Source of the DNA: Podarcis muralis
Taxonomy: Eukaryota
NCBI RefSeq assembly: GCF_964188315.1
Contig: NC_135670.1
Span: 11,408,001 to 11,472,000, forward strand
Reading direction: 5' to 3'
DNA length: 64,000 nucleotides
Shown: positions 36,183 to 48,190 of the stretch, piece after piece
Layout: each line of letters begins with the position of its first letter
Position numbering within the stretch: position 1 is the first letter of the stretch
Position numbers and translations under genes: made by a program
Notes under the pieces: generated by a model
The model's database searches: none
Seen by the model: the letters and a program-made list of their open reading frames with translations, nothing else
What the model was told of the DNA's origin: nothing

Positions 36183-38326
36183 GTCTAAAACATCTTGACA
36201 AGCGGTTTTTCAAACTTGTTACCGTCCAATTCCATATAGCACAGTGCAGGAAAACTCTCAGTAGGCATAGTAACAAATTAAAAAATATATACTTTAGCTG
36301 AGCTCAGTCCACTCTTGCTTTTAATTGTTGACCATCTGTATTCTGTATGAATAAGAGCTGCTGTTACTTCTGATAGTAGAGCATTGCTAGTGGGGTGTGT
36401 GTGAAATATACTGCAGTTTCCAAAACTTGAATGGAGTTTGAATCAGAACCTGAGTTTCAACACCATAGAGCATTTGGGTAAGCGCTTTACTACCAAATAT
36501 CTTCAGGGAAGCTTTAATCAGCTGCCCTCTCCCTTACTGTTGACAAAACTTCGCATCAATGCCCTATGCTTTTCTGTGCTTTGACTTTCACTGCTTCCAT
36601 ATGACCAAGACAGTACAGTGGTAGCTCTGGTTACGAACTTTATTTGTTCTGGAGGACCGTTCTTAACCTGAGGTACTTTAATGGGGTCTCCCGCTGCCGC
36701 TGGCATGAGATTTCTGTTCTCACCCTGAGGTAAAGTTCTTAACCCGAGGTACTACTTCTGGGTTAGCGGAGTCTGTAACCCAAAGTGTTTGTAACCTGAG
36801 GTACCACTGTACACCCAGGTATCTAAATGAGCAAGTTCGTTCTCGAGCCTGCTGATAAAACACGCATCAGCATACTTAGGGCTGTGTCTGCCAAAACTCA
36901 CGATATCGTGATAGGTGCCGAACACCTCCAAGAGAGGCCAAAACGAGGAGAGCACAGCGGCTTTTTCTTCACCACCTACATCATTCAGCTTCATTGGCTG
37001 TCCACATATTCTAGAGAAGTTTCCCAACCTTGGGTCTCCTAGCTAGCAACACCAGTGGTCAGGGATGATTGTAGTCCAAAAAAACAGCTGGAGACTAAAG
37101 GTTGGGAAACACTTGATCATTGTGGTTGCCCTTCCCATCACTGGGCACTGCTCCCCACACCACCCAATGGTTTTCCATGTGACCTAGAACATGTCCTTGA
37201 AGGCTAATAATGCCTCTTACTTGCCTGGAGCTAAGAGGAGTGTGCATAGAAACTGACCTACCGTACAAACTTAACATTTTTATCAATTGCTCCAACCACT
37301 TTTGCCTGTGGCCCCTGGAAGGTTGCAGAAGGGAAATTGCCCTCGAGTTGGAAAAGGTTTCCCACCCAGTTTATAGTGCCACATTTAGAGTCCAGAGGGT
37401 AGTTTTCAGCCACGTTTATTATAAACATATATAACACACATACATGCCCATCAGCAAATACTTCATGGAAGACAACAATGTAAGATAGCAAAAAAATCAA
37501 AGAGAAAAGTTTACAACAGAGACAGCCTAAAATGCTGAATTTAGCACAATTACAAGTCCTGGGGGAACTTTTAAGACTGCCATACCTGCCACTGAAGAAT
37601 ACAGTGAGGGTGCCAGGCAAGCCACTAACAAGGTAACCTATAATCTACAGCGCTAGCTGAAAGGCTAGTGACAGCATCCCATCAAAGCCTAGTTCCGTGC
37701 ATGAAAAATCAAGGAGTTCAACATTAACGCTTGAATTAGATTTTGGCTGCTGTGTAAAACCTATGCCAGGACAAAGCCAGCTACACAATTGTATTTATAT
37801 CCAGCATCATTTGAACCCGGATTCCCAGGGGCCCTCAGCAGACTAGCTGCTGCCCCTACTGCCAATATCCACCTCCCTGTAACTGGACACCCCACCCCAC
37901 TGGGTCTGTGCCTTTCTCTTTGTGGCATCGGCCTCGCCACGCCCCTCTTCCCTCTCGTATTTTTGGCACCATCGGGATCAAGGGCTTCTCTACCACTTCC
38001 AGGCTCTGAGAAATGGCATGGCAGGTCAAGCCAATTAGGGAACTAGGGACTCTTCTAATCCCTGAGGCCTATAGTCAGTGCCCAGTAGGGCTGCATGCTG
38101 GCACCTGGCCTGCTAAACCTCCTGTCCAGATTCGGGGGCCCAGCCTTTAAGACCCTTGGGCACCAATGCATTCTTCTACAGTAGCCTTTAGCAGCTTGAA
38201 TAGTCTTGCGCCTTCAGTTCCACATCTCTGCAGAAGTCTTAAAAAGCCCTGTGGAGAAAAAAGAGAAAATATGCTTAAGGGTTTCTCCCCACACACAAAA
38301 TGGCCCCCTCTCTATAGGCTCTAGCT

Positions 38327-38460
38327 CAGGCATAGGTAAACTCGGCCCTCCAGATGTTTTGGACTACAATTCCCATCATCCCTGACCACTGGTCCTGTTA
38401 GCTAGGGATGTTGGGAGTTGTAGTCCCAAAACATCTGGAGGGCCGAGTTTGCCTATGCCT
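38327..38460. mobile_element. Palindromic hAT MITE; second copy near 51660-51795
   Basis: TIR CAGGCATAGG(T/C)AAACTC; 8-bp TSD ctctagct. Confidence 0.8.
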
Positions 38461-38950
38461 GCTCTAGCTGTTACAACCAGCCACAGGTGCCCCCCCATTT
38501 CCACCGGCTCTAACCAGGATGGCCAAAGGCCAGGGCTGAGAAGGGGCTGTAGTCGTCCCTTGTCTGAATGGGCACCATGTTGGAGATGACTGTGGTAGAG
38601 CCTTGACAGGTATAGTTTGTACCTGATCCAACATGCCTTCTGTCCCAGTGCTTGAGGATAGAACCAGCAGATGGCAAAGCCGCTGGCACCGAAGACAGAA
38701 CACTGGGTGGGCATTCCTGTACCTCCGGACATTACAGAGCCGGGCACTGGGAGACCCGGGCCTGCCAAGAAAAGGAGGAGCTGGACTGAAGTGAACCCCC
38801 ACCTTTGTAGCAGCTACACAGTTAAGCAGTAAGCAAAACACCCTCTTTATAAGCCATAGAAAGAGATCAAGAGTAGCCAATGCGGCTTTGCAACTCCTAT
38901 AATCTATGACAATATTGGCCTGATGGGAGATGCAGTCCTAACAAAAAGTA

Positions 38951-39161
38951 CAGTGGTGCCTCGCAAGACGAAATTAATCCGTTCCACGAGTCTCTTCGTC
39001 TTGCGAAGCACGGCTATTAGCGGCTATAAGAAAAAAGAAACAAACTCGCAAGACGTTTCGTCTTGCGAAGCAAGCCCATAGGGAAATTCGTCTTGCGGAA
39101 CGACTAAAAAAACAGAAAACCCTTTCGTCTAGCGAGTTTTTCGTCTTGCGGGGCACCACTG
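38951..39161. mobile_element. pogo/Tigger-like MITE (second family)
   Basis: TIR CAGTGGTGCC; TA TSD; internal tttcgtcttgcg repeats. Confidence 0.8.
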
Positions 39162-39338
39162 TATAAACAGGTGGCTCTCCAGATCTTGCTGAACTACAAC
39201 TCCCATAATCCCTAGTCATGCTTGCTGGTGCAGATGGGAGTTGGAAGTTCAGCAAGATCTGGAGGGCTAGAGGTTCCCCATATCTTTATAGCTAGATGCT
39301 TGAAAGCAGTGTTCTCATAACGTGAAGTGTTAATAAAG

Positions 39339-41580
39339 TAGGGTTGTCATATTTTGAACAAAAAAGGGGACACATTTGCAGACTTTTACTTTTAACTACG
39401 GATCACTATGGCAGCTCTAATTTTAAACACCCCTACTATATGTAGGCTATAGAACCTGTGATATATTGCTAGTACTAATGCTCTTAACTTTCAACAACAA
39501 AATAATAACAATTTAAACTCATGTATCGGTACAAATATAAACCAATACCTTTATGTCACTTTCAGATGCACTTTATTCTTCTTTCTGACACTGTCTGGCC
39601 TAAGCCTATTTCTCTGTAGATCTGATCTTGTTCAACAACTGCTTATTGCTTAAGAGATAGGCATGAAATTCCTTGCAAGTAAAGTGCTCATAATTATATT
39701 GTACTAGCAATATACTTCGCAGTGATTCAAAAGGTAAGTTGCCTCCTTCTTTGCTCCACTGACTTTGCATCAGAGAGAAGATGCGTTCCACAATCGCATT
39801 ATGTGGTACAATAGCAAAAAAAAAACTGTGCAATTTTCAGAAGTTCTGACTGGCACATGTTTTTGGAAGTCTCAAAGTATTTGGCCCACTTCTGATGCGC
39901 CTGTAGATTAATGAATTCATCATCACCTTTGTATTGATTTACAAACTTCCGGAGGTTGAAGAATTGATCAAAGCACTTTCCATAATCTATGGAGACATGC
40001 CTGTCCAGGAGAAATTTCATGGAAGATTCTACCTTGTCCCACTCTAGTGACTCACTAAGAGACATCCACATGAAGCATGAAAACTCCTTCATGGGCTCCA
40101 TCCATTTTTCCAGATATTCTATGCACCTGTCGTATAAGCTATTTACTTCTGCACGGAATTTGTCACACTCCGCACTAAGACCATGCTTACGCTTTTCTGC
40201 TAGGAGGCTCTTAACTTTGAGGCACATAAAGTTGTTGCTCTTACGTTCAGTAAGCATGTTATGAACACAAAGCAGAACTTTCAGAACCTCTACAACTGAA
40301 TTATTTTCCCTCTCGAGTTCCAAAATATTTGAGTGAAAGATACTCATGAGAGACTACAAGTGCAATAAATAAACCTCACTGAACTCATGTTCAAAAAAGT
40401 CTTTTAACACTGTTGGTGGTTTATTCTGCGAGAGGAAAAACGCCTTGACAGCTGGAAACAGGTGAATGAGTCTAGTGATACTTGGAAATAATGACAACCA
40501 CCTTGTTTTGCTATGCGATAGCAGCTGTTTGTATTCAATGTCCACAAATTCACAGTACTCCTTTAACTGCTCTGTTCGGACTCTATAGATATGAAAGTAC
40601 TGGTATATCCTGAAAAGGATGCCCTCAACATCGACGTCCAACGTTTCTGCTGCCTGCTGTACGCAGTTATTCAAAATGTGTGCTGGACATTCCACACCAA
40701 TTAAAGTTTTGTTATCTAGCTCATTCTTCAACTTTGCAAACACATTTCTTCCTTCTGAATCCCATGGCATCCCTCCAAACATTGTGTTGCAGTTGTCACC
40801 TGTGAACGCTATACATTTATTTAGTAGTCCTTTACTATCAAGAGTTTCCTTCACATATGAGGAGATTGTATCTGCACTCTCGTTGGGTTGGCTTTGCATT
40901 TCAATTATTTTGGACTGCAAACCACCACTTTTCCAGTCAAAATATTGAATAACTATCGGAAACACCTTTACCGAACCATGGTCACTCCCACCAGTAGAAA
41001 CTCCGCAAAAATCTACTTCATTTTCTTCAATGCTTTTCAAAACGTTTTCTAAACAATCAGGTGCCAAGACAGAATTTACAATTGCCTCAGTCTTGGTTTT
41101 TGCACTTGAAAATATCCTTGCAATATCGTAATCTGGGAACGTGGTCCTCAGTGGGCCTGATGTGCACACCATCATGTTATAATTGCTGTGGTGCCTAACA
41201 GTGTGAAAAGCGAAAGTTCCCTCTGCTGCGGTTACTTCATCTTCCAAACTGCTACCTGGTTTCACGAAAAAGTCTGTTAAGAAAGAAGCTTCTCCCTGAA
41301 TTGCTCTTTTGTGTTTTTCGGAGTCCACATGCGATTGCAGGTTGAGTCCTCCTTTACATGCCACAGAAACAAACGTACCTGGTTTACATATCATGCATTC
41401 ACCTTCGAAATCATCTCTACCTCTTCTAAAACAGGTATACTTCTTCTGTAGCTTGACACGTAGAAGTACACCTACAAAAAACAGTTGTGAAATAAGTTAA
41501 TACAATGCTACAGTACATGACCATTAACTTTCCCAAGAGCACCTAACAGAGGGACACGGGATTGTCCGTGTGGCATCTAT
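39339..41580 (-). mobile_element. Decayed autonomous hAT transposon (Blackjack-like TIR); transposase broken into ORFs 41394-40354, 40347-39799 and 39833-39606
   Basis: BED finger CxxC...H..SxKH; DNCNT, C.AH, TRWLS and NA.VERIFS hAT motifs; one terminus tagggttgtca. Confidence 0.85.
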
Positions 41581-41970
41581 GGTAAATGAAGCACATTCTG
41601 CAGCTTATGTTGAAAGCCCTGTAAAAAAATGGAATGATCTTGACCCACACAGAAGTGGGTTGCGTTCACTTCAGGATGCGAATGGGACTCCAGAATGGAT
41701 CCCATTCGCATCCAGAGGTACCACTGTATTCTAATACATTAAAAATCCACCCCCATTTCCCTCCCACCCCACAGGCTTCCTTCCTTCCCGCAGCCCAGTT
41801 TTAGAGGAAGGGCGGGGGAACTCACAACTGTAAAAAAAACACAACACAAATCTTTTGTGGTCTATTCCAAGCAGCCTAGAGATCCACCGGCGGCAGGAAA
41901 AATCTGAAACCAGTGAGATCAATTATTTGAAAAGGACTGGAGTTAATTTATACAATGTTTGAAAGATTAT

Positions 41971-42120
41971 TACAGATGGGTAGCCGTGTTGGTCTGCCAT
42001 AGTCAGACCAACTGAATACATAGTCATGTATCTGAAGAAGTGTGCATGCACACGAAAGCTCATACCAAGAACTAACTTAGTTGGTCTTTAAGGTGCTACT
42101 GGAAGGAATTTTTTTTGTTT
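41971..42120 (+). mobile_element. Penelope-like element terminal fragment
   Basis: ctgaagaagtgtgcatgcacacgaaagctcatacc...ggtctttaaggtgctactgg motif; TSD tttgaaagattatt. Confidence 0.65.
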
Positions 42121-42823
42121 TGAAAGATTATTGTAAGCAATTAACATCACTAGCAGGGTTGACTTAAGACTTGTAATGAGAACCCTTCTCCCTTTTTATT
42201 TTAAGTAAAACTTGAATGTCTTTTCGTAATGAGTGAAATTAGAACTGGGAAATGTATAAAAGGATATAAAAGGTTGACTTTGAAAGCCATGAGGCGGGAG
42301 GAAAGGAAGTCGACCGGCTCTGAAGAGCCAGAAAGATAAAGTGGATAATAATGTTATGATTGTATATCACTAAATGGAAAACTAAAAAAAAAACTATATA
42401 TACACGTATATAAAGATCCACCGGCGGACCCCCGACCTGCTCATTAAACAACTTTCCCCGGTGCTTGTTTACCCAGGAGGAGGAGGAGACAGGAAGGCTC
42501 GATGGCTGAATTTCGGCGGGGCTTATGATCCCTGCTATGGCGCGCAGGACGAGCCGAGGAGCAAGCGGGAGACACGAGAGGCAGCGCGGGGGAAGCGAGG
42601 ATGGACAACATGGAGGCGCGTAAAGGCGCACAGGCCTCCAGAACCGCCACGTGGCTCCCCTGCACCTGCCCTATATAGGCTCCCCCAGCCTAGCAAATAG
42701 GAAAGAGGATCAGGCCACCTGCACAAACCCGACCCAAATGCCCCTGCGGATCCCATTTGACCCCCAGCCTCTGTAGGCCAACTAAACCCAGGCAGCCTCC
42801 CTCCCTCCATCTTTGCTACTCAC

Positions 42824-43110
42824 CTCCCTTGCAGAAAAGAAAGAGGGATCCTCCGCCTCCTCAATTTATATTTCAGCCTGGAGCTCTCGGGCGCCACCAA
42901 GTGGTCATTTTTTAAAAAGAAGAAGTACAGTAGGAGGGGGAAATAGTGAGGAGCCGATGCACAACTCCTCCCTGATTGGCTGTTTCAACGAATCAGGGGT
43001 GTGGCCTTAATGAGGGGGCGGTCCTTCTAGCGGAGGTTCTCGCTATCCTACCCGGAAGTTAAACTACACAGGGCAGTATAAGGAAGTAGGCGAGGGAGGG
43101 CGTCACGTGG
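42824..43110. promoter_or_regulatory. Bidirectional CpG promoter: C11orf98 (+) and a TATA/TCT(5'TOP) exon (-); CTCF-like site 42891-42907, CCAAT 42975-42979, ETS ccggaagt 43052-43059
   Basis: Motif matches; head-to-head arrangement as for human C11orf98/CSKMT. Confidence 0.6.
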
Positions 43111-43117
43111 GTGAAGC

Positions 43118-43153
43118 ATGGGAGCCACTGGAAAAATCAACCGGCCCCGGACG
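43118..43153 (+). CDS. C11orf98: C11orf98 exon 1 (MGATGKINRPRT)
   Basis: Matches human MGAPGGKINRPRT; gtaatt donor. Confidence 0.9.
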
Positions 43154-44029
43154 GTAATTGATCTTTTCTCTCCCCCTCCCGCATCTTGTTCCGGGCTTTT
43201 GTTTTGTTCCGTTTCCTGGCTCTTATTTTTTTGATGTTTTTCCCAATGGGGCTAATAATGTCTAGCATTAGTCTATAGGAGGGAGGCAGAGCCCGCGGCC
43301 TCTCCCATGTTGTTGGACGCCACCTCCCGTCAGCACCAGCTAGTATGGCTAGCGATTGGCGATTGTGGGAGTTCAAGTTCAGCAGGGGCTTGGAGGGCCA
43401 CAGGCTCCCCTATCACATTTGCATCCCATGTAAAAAAAATTAATATTTCTTAATAATTAATAATTTTTTAAAAATTAATAATGCTTTCAAAAAAGACATC
43501 ACACACCAAATGCAGCTCCTTGGAGTAAAAAAAATTAATATTAAGGAGCTTAAGGTGCTATACGTGATTCCCTTCCTCACAACCACCCTGTGAGGTAGAT
43601 TAGGCTGAGAGACTGACTGGCCCCAGTGAGTTTCATGGCAGAGTAGGGGTTTGAACCCTGGTCTTCCAGGCCCTCCCTTTAAAAAAGCAGCATATGAAAT
43701 GGGAAGAGTCGTGAGGTGGTAGACTGAGCTGCATTTGGTGGGTGATGTCTTTTTTGAAAGCATGCCTAGTTTCAGATTTCCTGCCTTTTGAAAACTAATG
43801 CACAGGGAAGATAAACTGAAGGCCATCCTTCTTCCTTGTGTGCTAGCTTTTTACTTGTAAGGATGATGGTTGAAGCTGAGCTTTTAAAAATACCCTCAAC
43901 CGTCAGTCTCAAGTATTGTAGTATAATCTATTATACTGCATTTAATAGGTTATTGTATTTTAGTGTTTTGTTGGAAGCCACCCAGGGTGGCTGGGGAAAC
44001 CCAGCCAGATGGGCAGGGTATAAATAATA

Positions 44030-44074
<45 letters not shown>

Positions 44075-44222
44075 CCTCCCCTTTTGTTCTGCTGCCCTGT
44101 GTGGATCCAACATTGAATTGTGGTCATAGGTTGGTGTGGATGTCCTGTTCTTGAATGCTTCTCTGGTAAGAAAAAAACACCCTGCTTATAGGACTAAATA
44201 CAGTGGTACCTCGGGTTAAGTA

Positions 44223-44391
44223 CCGTATTTTTTGCACCATAACACTCACTTTTTTCCTCCTAGAAAGTAATGGGAAATGTCTGTGCGTGTTATGGAGGGA
44301 ATGCCTACGGGTGGCATGCCTATGGATTTTCCTCCTCTAAAAACTACGTGCATGTTATGGTCGGGTGCGTGTTATAGAGCGAAAAATACGG
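44223..44391. mobile_element. Tc2/pogo-like MITE nested in the TIR region of another MITE
   Basis: TIR CCGTATTTTT; TA TSD. Confidence 0.8.
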
Positions 44392-44746
44392 TACTTAATT
44401 CGTTCCGGAGGTCCATTCTTAACCTGAAACTGTTCTCAACCTGAAGCACCACTTTAGTTAATGGGGCCTCCTGCTGCTGCTGCACCGCCGGAGCACGATT
44501 TCTGTTCTCATCCTGAAGCAAAGTTCCTAACCTGAAGCACTATTTCTGAGTTAGCGGAGTCTGTAACCTGAAGCGTATGTAACCTGAGGTACCACTGTAC
44601 ATTAAAAACAGTACAAAACAGAAACAGCATAACCTGAGATTGGACCGCCAACTAAAGATCAGGCAAATTCATGGAGGCCAAGTGGCTACTGGGATGTTGT
44701 TGAGATGGTGACTTGTGTGTGTCAAAGTGACTTCTCTCTATTTTAG

Positions 44747-44871
44747 GAGCTACAGAAAAACCTTTTCAAAAGGCGCCGCGTCCTTAGCAAGCAGAAGAGG
44801 AAGAAGCACCGGATTGTAGGTGCTGTGGTGGATGAGGGGCTCATCACCATTCATCACCTAAAGAAACGCTG
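44747..44871 (+). CDS. C11orf98: C11orf98 exon 2 ([13 protein letters not shown]...[18 protein letters not shown])
   Basis: ttttag acceptor and gtgagt donor; LFKRRRVL and HHLKKR motifs. Confidence 0.92.
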
Positions 44872-45211
44872 GTGAGTTATGCTTTGCCTTGGAAGCTCTG
44901 GGAGAGTTAACCCACTGAGAAACCAATGAAGAAATCAGAGTGTGGTCATTAGGATAATTTGGAGGAAGGCAGTGCCCAGTCCTGCTCCCAGCCTTGAGAT
45001 GGGCATGGGGACTAGAATCTAGAGAAGTGGGGAGAGTGTGAGCTGGGTTGCTTGGCTTTTTTCTGTCATACTTGCAAGAAGAGTGGATTTGGCTGGGGGT
45101 CACATCTGTGCCGTGCATTTTAAAGCACATTGCAATCCAGCAATGCGTGGTTTAAAAACCCAAACTTCTCCTCTTTGCGCATCACCACCTCCCTGCCATT
45201 TCCCTCTCCAG

Positions 45212-45309
45212 TTCTAGCTCCCGAGCGAACATTACCCTCTCTGGGAAAAAGAAAAGGAAACTGCTGAAGCAAATCCGCCATTCCACAAAGGAGAAGACAG
45301 AAATGCAGG
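45212..45309 (+). CDS. C11orf98: C11orf98 exon 3 ([22 protein letters not shown])
   Basis: [14 protein letters not shown] motif; phases 2/1 consistent. Confidence 0.92.
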
Positions 45310-46668
45310 GTAAGCATTTTTTAGGGCCAGTCCTTCAATTGTCCCCCACCTCCTACCCTTGTCCCTTAAGCAGGGAAGCCTTAAATCAGTACAGTGGTAC
45401 CACAGGTTACATACGCTTCAGGTTACATACGCTTCAGGTTACAGACTCCACTAACCCAGAAATAGTACCTTGGGTTAAGAACTTTGCTTCAGGTTGAGAA
45501 CATAAATTTTGCTCCGGCGGCGCAGTGGCAGCAGGAGGCCCCATTAGCTAAATGGTCTTCAGGTTAAGAACAGACCTCCGGAACGAATTAAGTACTTAAC
45601 CCGAGGTACCACTGTTTTTTTAAATACTGAAACGCTTAGGGGCCATGAACTATTTTATGCATTCAGCAGATGTAATGGGTGGGACTTTTCTTGGATTTTG
45701 CCACTTTAGGTTCTGGAAGGGGTGCTTGCATATTTGAATGACCCTGTCCCTGTACAGTAGAAAAAGATTTAGCTGAGTCCACTTTCTGGGCGTGTTGGTT
45801 TTCTGCATGCAGGAATTATTATGTTTTGTTTCCAAGGGGTGAGGGTAAGGCAGATGGGAGCCCCACTTACACTCTGAAGTGGTGCTATCAAAGAAGAGCT
45901 TTAGATAGTATTTGGTTTTGTGGGATGTGTAAAATTGGTTCTCTGCTACAGCCTGATTAGTTATGATTATATGAAGCCTCCTTTTAACAGGGATCTCATT
46001 GCCCCCCAACTCCCATCAGTTCTAGATATCATGGCCCAAAACATCAGGGCTGATGGGAGTTGGAGACTAGCGACATCCAGAGTGCCACAGACTTTGCACC
46101 CCAGTCCTTGACACATGTCCCAGCCAACCTGGGATTACATATGAAAGGCACCGACAGAGGTGCAAAATAGGAATGGGGCTCCAATCCCCATCAGCCCCAA
46201 CAAGTATGGCCAACAGTCGTGGGTGATTGGAGTGGCAGTCCGGTAACAACTAGAAGGCCACAGTTCCTCCACTCCTACCTTTGTTGATGCAGAGAGCAGG
46301 CAATTTTGCTGCTCAAATGAGGGACTGCTCAAAGGAGTACCTTGTTCTCACAGGTGTACTTAGCTTTTCGTGTTGCAGTTCCAGCCCTCTGGATACAAAT
46401 GATTGGCTGAAATCAGGGGGGTGCTTGATGTCATGTTTTTTGGGTACCCATTGAAGACATGTTTTGTTCAAGGACGCTTCCCTTGATAGGTGTTACAGTC
46501 ATGTATGAAAATTGATTGTCTGTTTATGGATAGTTTTATTGTTTTTAGAAATTACAGCTTTTAGAAACTGGGGTTCGTGTTTTATCCCATTTTTAAATTG
46601 CTTTCATGGCAGTTGCTGTACCACTGAGCTACTGTTTTTAAAGTTCCTTTTCTCTCTCCGTATTGCAG

Positions 46669-46832
46669 TTGACCTTTCTCCAGGTCCAAATAAAAATGCC
46701 CAGAGTGGCAAGCGGCAGAAGAAGAAGAAGAATGGGGGGGAAAGAGCTGGCCCAGATGTAGAGATGGCAGAAGTGGCAGAAGTGGAGCCTGCAGCAGAAC
46801 CAGGGAGCTCAGATCTTCCTTTGCAGTCTTAA
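46669..46832 (+). CDS. C11orf98: C11orf98 last coding exon (...KRQKKKK...DVEM...); 140 aa in total
   Basis: ttgcag acceptor; phase 1; KRQKK and DVEM motifs; AATAAA at 47510-47515. Confidence 0.88.
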
Positions 46833-47683
46833 AGCTCAGTCTCTTCACTCTCTTTCGTTGCCTGCTGGCAGAACTCTGGGGTTAGCAGCAAAGGCCATCC
46901 ATGGCTGCAGAACCAGGAAAGTCATATGGATTGGGCTTGGAAGCTCTTTAACCCCATGGACTTTGATGTGGCTAGATTTCCGTTAAAAACACACATAGTC
47001 TTGAGAGGTTTGCTAGACAGGCTGCAACTGTCTAGTTCCTTTGGCTCTCCAGATATTGCTGAACTACAGCTCCCATCATCCCCTGGCCTTTGGCCATCTA
47101 GATGGGGGCTGATGTGAGTTGATGTCCAACAACTTCTAGAGGGGCCCAAAGTCCCCATCCCTAAACTAAAAGTAAGGGTGAGGAACATTTTTCTCTCTCT
47201 GAGGATTGCATGTTGATGTTGGGTGGGGTGTCAAAACAAAAGTGAGTTGGTGAAATGCATACCATGGATACTGTGCACACTTCTATCATCCCCCCCCCCC
47301 CAGCTATGGGGCTTATTGAGGCTAAAGCATTTTGGGAGACTACAGCTGAGGAGGGACATTTTCTGCGCAAAGATCTCACACCCTCCTGTGCAATAACTGG
47401 AAATGCTGGAAAGCAGTCTTCGTTTGGCACCAATATAGAAGGCTTTCCCCCCGAGCCTAATTTTGGGGTACAATTTTTGGCAGATGTTCCAAGGTTGAAA
47501 TATTGTCCCAATAAAATAGCAGAAAACCAGTTCTGTGTCCTGGCTTCTAATTTCTTCCTTGCTCTTTGTGTGATTATAGGTGGTGGGGAACAACATGTTT
47601 ATGGGTTATTGGAAGGAGGTCTCTGGATCAAAAATAAAGGAAATCTGAAATCTATAATTTACTATACAGTAGTTTAGAAAAAT

Positions 47684-48038
47684 GGACGCGGGTGGTGCTG
47701 TGGATTAAACCACAGAGCCTAGGACTTGCTGATCAGAAGGTCGGCGGTTCGAATCCCTGCGACAGGGTGAGCTCCTGTTGCTCAGTCCCTGCTCCTGCCC
47801 ACCTGGCAGTTTGAAAGCATGTCAAAGTGCAAGTAGATAAATAGGTACTGCTCCGGCGGGAAGGGAAACGGCGTTTCCGTGCGCTGCTCTCATTCACCAG
47901 AAGCGGATTAGTCATGCTGTCCACATGACCCGGAAGCTGGACGCCGGCTCCCTCGGCCAGTAAAGCGAGATGAGCACCGCAACCCCAGAGTCGGCCACGA
48001 CTGGGCCTAATGGTCAGGGGTCCCTTTACCGTTACTTT
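47684..48038 (+). mobile_element. Sauria SINE
   Basis: Match to the other copies. Confidence 0.9.
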
Positions 48039-48190
48039 AGTTTAGAAAAGGAGGGAGTGTAGCAACTGTTTACCAAGTTGGGAGCTGCTTATGTGAATTG
48101 ATTGCCACCAGCCCAAGTGCTGGCGCTTAGTTGACATATCAATAGAATGGAACCCCCTCAAATCACGGGAGTAAGTCCCTGTGAACTTGT

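Noticed and set aside
38376-38880. Overlapping 130-138 aa ORFs and an exon-like GC-rich patch
   Set aside because: No homology recognised, no consistent splice pair, partly MITE-derived
44120-44176. TTGG...AATGCTT plus AGAAAA resembling an H/ACA pocket for the 18S site attributed to SNORA57
   Set aside because: The upper stem does not fold and no second hairpin with ACA was found; SNORA57 could not be located by eye
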